A DNA stretch of 64,000 nucleotides from Cyanophora paradoxa CCMP329. Taxonomy: Eukaryota > Plantae > Glaucophyta. This document shows, one piece after another, positions 59,528 through 64,000 of the stretch (positions are counted from its first letter, which is position 1; every line of letters begins with the position of its first letter). Below the pieces are notes generated by a model that worked only from the letters and a program-made list of their open reading frames with translations, made no database searches and was not told where the DNA came from. The stretch lies in the NCBI GenBank assembly GCA_004431415.1, contig QPMI01000236.1, forward strand, positions 1 to 64,000, in the 5' to 3' direction. The translations under genes and the position numbers were made by a program.

Positions 59528-60171
59528 TATTTGCAATTGACGGAGAGCTGTACTTAAATTCGCGATTGACGTCGGCATTGTCGAGCCTCGGAGTTTACAG
59601 CTGCGACGGATGCTAGCGCTGCGCATGCAATCTTGAATAATTTCAATGACTAGTCCTGGGGGCGCGCCGGCGGGCCGCGCGGTTCCGGGGGCCGGAGCCG
59701 AACGCGAAAATATTCAATGGGATCGGAATTTAATATTACTCCTCAGGGTATATATGCTAGCTACAGATATATCGTCTCTAGATCTCCTTCGAATTCTCCT
59801 TTTTATAGCTCTTTTCGAGCTTTGTTTTATTCTCTCTTCGCTTGCATATATATCCGCATATGCATGCGCAGCCGGTATATATGGGGGCCGGCGCCGAGCT
59901 CGACGCGTATACGAGGCGGTCGCGAGGAAACTTGATTTTCGCGCGGAAGGGATATATCGATATCGAGATCTAGATCTAGATCTCGAGGGATATCGATGGC
60001 GATCGAGAGCTCGAGGAGGCCGGGTCGGCGGTCAATTGAAGGGAGCTCCACATATATAGCTATATATATATAGGAAGGGCTGAGGACAATCCGCGAAAAT
60101 ACCCGCGAAATCCGGCGACCTGTGCGCTCATCCGCACATTTCGCGCTCGTAGCATCAATCTGCCGCGAAAT

Positions 60172-63100
60172 ATGGAGCGAAGACGATCCAAGCGGCTTCG
60201 TAACGAAGCTCCGACGTGCGCGCCGCGATGCGCGATTTCGCGATTGCTGTAGACGTCGACGTCGACGTCGGCACTGATTTGCGGCCCGCACGATCAGAGA
60301 CGCCGCGGGCGGTGCGCCGGCGCCCGAGCTCTCGGCGCTCGAAGCGCTGCACCCGGACGCGCTGGAGGCGGTGCTGCTGCGCCTCGGGCTCGTCGAGGCG
60401 TGGCGGAGCCTGCGGCCGGTCAGCAGGGCGATGCGCGCGGCGGTCGATCGCGTGGCAGCGTGGCCGGCGCTGCGGCTCAAGGCGGACACTGTCGAAAAGC
60501 TCCAGCTGGCAGCAGCGCGCTTCGCTCGCGATCAGCCGCGGAAGAGGAGGCGCGCACGTGAGCAAGCGCCTCGCATCACGCTGGCCGCCGGCGCCGCGAT
60601 TGAATTGATCACCGGGATCGATGACGACGGCAAGCATACGCGTCCAGTGATCGTGAGCGAAAAACGGATTGACGCCATCTCGGCCCTGTTTTCCGCCTGC
60701 TCGGCGTCCAGCGGCGGTCTCGGCAGCCTCAAGGTTTCTCTGCAGCTGGCGCTCGACCTGTGCAGAAGCTACGATCGCGAGCTGGAGGAATCGGGAGAGA
60801 AAAGCATCGAAAAAGCTATTTTGGCCGCGCTCGACCTGCTGAGCCGGCCGGAAGCGGAGGGCGGCAGCCGCCACACGCTCAGGAGCGTCAGCGTCCAGCT
60901 CAAAATGGGCATGCATATGCACATTCTTGCATCTCAGGCTTCGGAGGGACTTGTGCAGCTGCTGTCCCGCTTCCCGCGCCTCGAGCGGCTGGAGCTGCCC
61001 TACCTCCTGGACAGCGGAGCTTCGAATTCGAACGCAGCCGTCCCTGCCGCGCTGCCCACGCTGCGTTCCGCGGTCGTTTGCCTTCGCGACGGCGCGGCCC
61101 TCGCCCGCCTCGCTTTTCATCCGGCGCTTGAGGAGCTCGATGTCTCGGTCTTAGAGCCCGATTGGGTTGACCGCGGACCGAGGAGCGGCTTTGATGTTTT
61201 CGCGGCGGGCCCCGCCGCCGCACGGCTGCGAAAGCTGAAGATAACTTTGTGCGGACTTCTTCGAATTCTTGGATATTTTAGATATAATCGCTGTATGCAT
61301 CTGCTGACCATGCAGCGCGCACAGCACCAGCGGATATATATATCGGTCTGAAGCTGAGCCGGGGTTCGATATCGCGGACCTGCCCTCTCTGCGCCACCTC
61401 ACCTCTCTCGAGGCGCTGGAGCTCAACTTCGACTTGGATTGTGATGTTCGCCGGCAGGTCAGTCCGGCTTGGATCTTCTCGGCTATAGCTAGTCCGCCAC
61501 CAAGAGAAAGCCAAGGCCTTAGGGGACTGAGAACAGCCTCTAGCAAGAAGAAGCTTTGAAGCCGCTCAGATCTGAATTAATTTCTAATCGAACGTTGTAG
61601 GCTGAGCTTGACAGTTTCACACAGACCTTCGATGATCAAGGATTTGTTCGAACATACGAATCGGACGAATCGATATCGGGAGAATCGGAAGAAGATTCCG
61701 AGGAGTCAGTGCTGCTGGGCCCGGCGTGGCCGTTCTCTCTGCTAGACGAGCACCTCGCGGGCCTGCAGCGGCTGCGCACGCTCGACCTCCACATAGAATT
61801 CGATACTAAAGAAGTCGACGCCGAACAAATCCGGGCTGTAGCCTGCCCGCTCCCCGCTCTCTGCGACCGCAACTTCGCCAACTTCGACTGCCGCCTCAGT
61901 ATCGGCAACCGTGCGCGATTCGCTTTGCAAATCAAATCCTCCATTATCGCGACCTCGGAATGCCCACGGAAGGCCCAACGCGTATGAGATCCCTGCTGCC
62001 AGCTGTGAAGCTCGACGGGCTGCGCACAGATAGACATTCATGATCATCGCCTCTCATTAATCCTCCATACGACCTATAGATGTTCACCCGCCAGTTTTGA
62101 TTTCCTCGCAGCATTCCTAGAATTGGACGCCGAATCCAAGCTGGAGGTGGATTCGGCGCTCGCAGAACTTCTTCGCGCGGCGGGGCCCTCCCTGATAGCT
62201 CTCGGGGGAGAAATCGCGCGCGGAGAAGCGTTCTCCGCCCTCGCCGCCTGCCCGCGGCTGCAGGAACTGCACCTGCTCGACAAGCTGGGGGCCTATGTCC
62301 GGCTCGACTCGCACTGGCGGCCTGAGCCGCCGGACTGGCTCGCGCGGGGCGACCACGAGACCCTCGCAGGGCTGCGCCGGCTCCGCATTCTCGACCTCGA
62401 TCTCTTTTACGCGGGGCGCCTCGGCCCGGCACACCTGCGCTGCCTCGCCCGCTCCGCCACAGAGCTCTGCGCGCACTCCCTCACCGAACTTCGCCTCAAG
62501 ATTTGTGCGTGCAAGCTGCTTTCTGAATTTCTATCCAATCTTGTAAATGTGTTTAGATAAAGATTTGAGATTTGTGCGTGCAAGCTGCTTTCTGAATTTC
62601 TATCCAATCTTGTAAATGTGTAAATGTAAATGTGCCGCCCAACCTGCCTCCACCCAATAGCCCTCACTCTCGCTCTCGCTCGCCGCGGCCGTGCAGTCAC
62701 GGAGGACGAGGCGGGCGTGGACGCGGCGCTCGCGGAGCTGCTCCGGGCGGCGGCGCCGGCGCTCGTCGAGCTCGGCGTTGGCGCGGCGGTCCTCAAGGGG
62801 GAGGCCGCGGCCGCGCTCGCCGCCTGCCCGCGCCTGGAACGGTTGGAGCTGGTCGAGCCCGGGGTCCCCGACACGCGCTGGGAGCCCGTCCCCATCGCCG
62901 AGGCGGTGGATGCCGTCATCGCCTGCCCCTGCGTCAAAGTGATCTCGGGCTTCATAGTGCCCTTCAGCAGCGAGCGGGAGGCGGCGGAGCTGCTCGGGCC
63001 TCTGTCACGCCTCGCTGCCTCTCGCGCCTTCGACTGCCGCAGCTGCTCCTTCACACTCCGGCCCCGGGGGAGGCTGTGCTGCAAATCGAAACTGAAGGTC

Positions 63101-63202
63101 AAGGCCGTCAAGCTCGCGAAAAAGCTCGTCCACACCGCCTTCCCGAAGGCAGCGGTCAAGACCCCTGATGGGACGACGTATCGAGGAGGACACAGGTTCT
63201 AG
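60172..63202 (+). CDS. F-box-like / leucine-rich-repeat protein, tandem copy 2 (spliced)
   Basis: Colinear paralogue of 56598-59527 with a matching exon order. The upstream region is duplicated as well (56170-56600 versus 59750-60170). Confidence 0.72.
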
Positions 63203-64000
63203 GTAGCTCGACATCAATATAAATATTGCCACGAGAAAACGTTAACATCTCATGATCAGCAAGTACTAGTAGTTTTCCTTCCGCGAACGTTGCCACAAGC
63301 TCGAGCGAGTTTTCTAAGCCTGGCCTCCTTCTCCCTTTAAATAAATTTCTGCACGTCTTTTGTGCACATGCATATGCGCAGCTTCATTACCTATATCTCG
63401 CAGTTGTTGAAGCTCGTGTACATCGCGATACACTCTAGATCTGTCGACGTCAATTTTCTGTCAGCTTGCAGACATATAAAAGACGTGTACAGCCCATTGA
63501 GCGGCATTCATTCTCTCTTGCTCTAGATCTATCATGCCAACACATACAATAACAAAGAGGATTCACGTTATAGCACTTGCGAGCATTACTGTTAAAAACG
63601 AAGGCCATAATACAGGACTCACAAGACAGGGGATTCGCCCCACTTCAAGTCTCTCAAAAAAACACATAGCATGAGACAGGAGACCTTGTTGCAGTGCTAA
63701 GACTTCGAAAAAGTGGAAATCTAAAAACTAACATGCTATGATGCGGCGCCGGCTCCAAAAATTAAACGCGCACAAATTAAAGCCCCATCTGCAATACATA
63801 CGTGCAGTGAAAATAATAACATGAGCCAGTTCCGTACATTACGTAAGTAAAGACTAGTACTACCGTAAGTAAAGACCAGTACTACGTTACGCAAATCACT
63901 TCAGCGCTTATATAAATCCACTCCGTTATACGTAAAGAGTCCGGATCTCTACGTATACGTCTCACACGAAGGCGAAGAAAGGTGCGGCGGCGGCGGCGGC

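Overview
Eukaryotic window, probably from a GC-rich, intron-dense flagellated alga. A glaucophyte-like host is suggested by Phe-containing 'MAF/MALF' plastid transit peptides. It has three zones. (1) 1-~18.4 kb is an AT-rich, intronless, CpG-depleted endogenous Polinton-like virus whose left end lies outside the window. It encodes a fibre locus with HxH tail-type repeats and a LamG-like domain, a patatin phospholipase fused to an F5/8 (discoidin) domain, two penton-type minor capsid genes, a double-jelly-roll major capsid protein, an A32-like packaging ATPase, two AT-hook proteins, an AEP primase-PriCT2-SF3 helicase, a short Polinton-type PolB that has apparently lost proofreading and terminal-protein regions, and an rve integrase. 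It also carries a duplicated iteron/inverted-repeat module resembling an origin. (2) 18.4-26 kb holds three nested or inverted copies of a ~1.7-kb non-autonomous Helitron2/Helentron-like element with ~150-bp internal repeats, a perfect 30-bp hairpin, a heptamer satellite and a TA-flanked MITE. (3) 27-63 kb holds host genes: ATG17-like head-to-head with HYDIN, a glyoxalase/VOC gene head-to-head with a plastid-targeted FAD-oxidoreductase::creatininase fusion, and a tandem pair of F-box/LRR genes with hypervariable blocks. Many frameshifts look like single-base homopolymer assembly errors. All calls come from reading motifs by eye; no searches were run.
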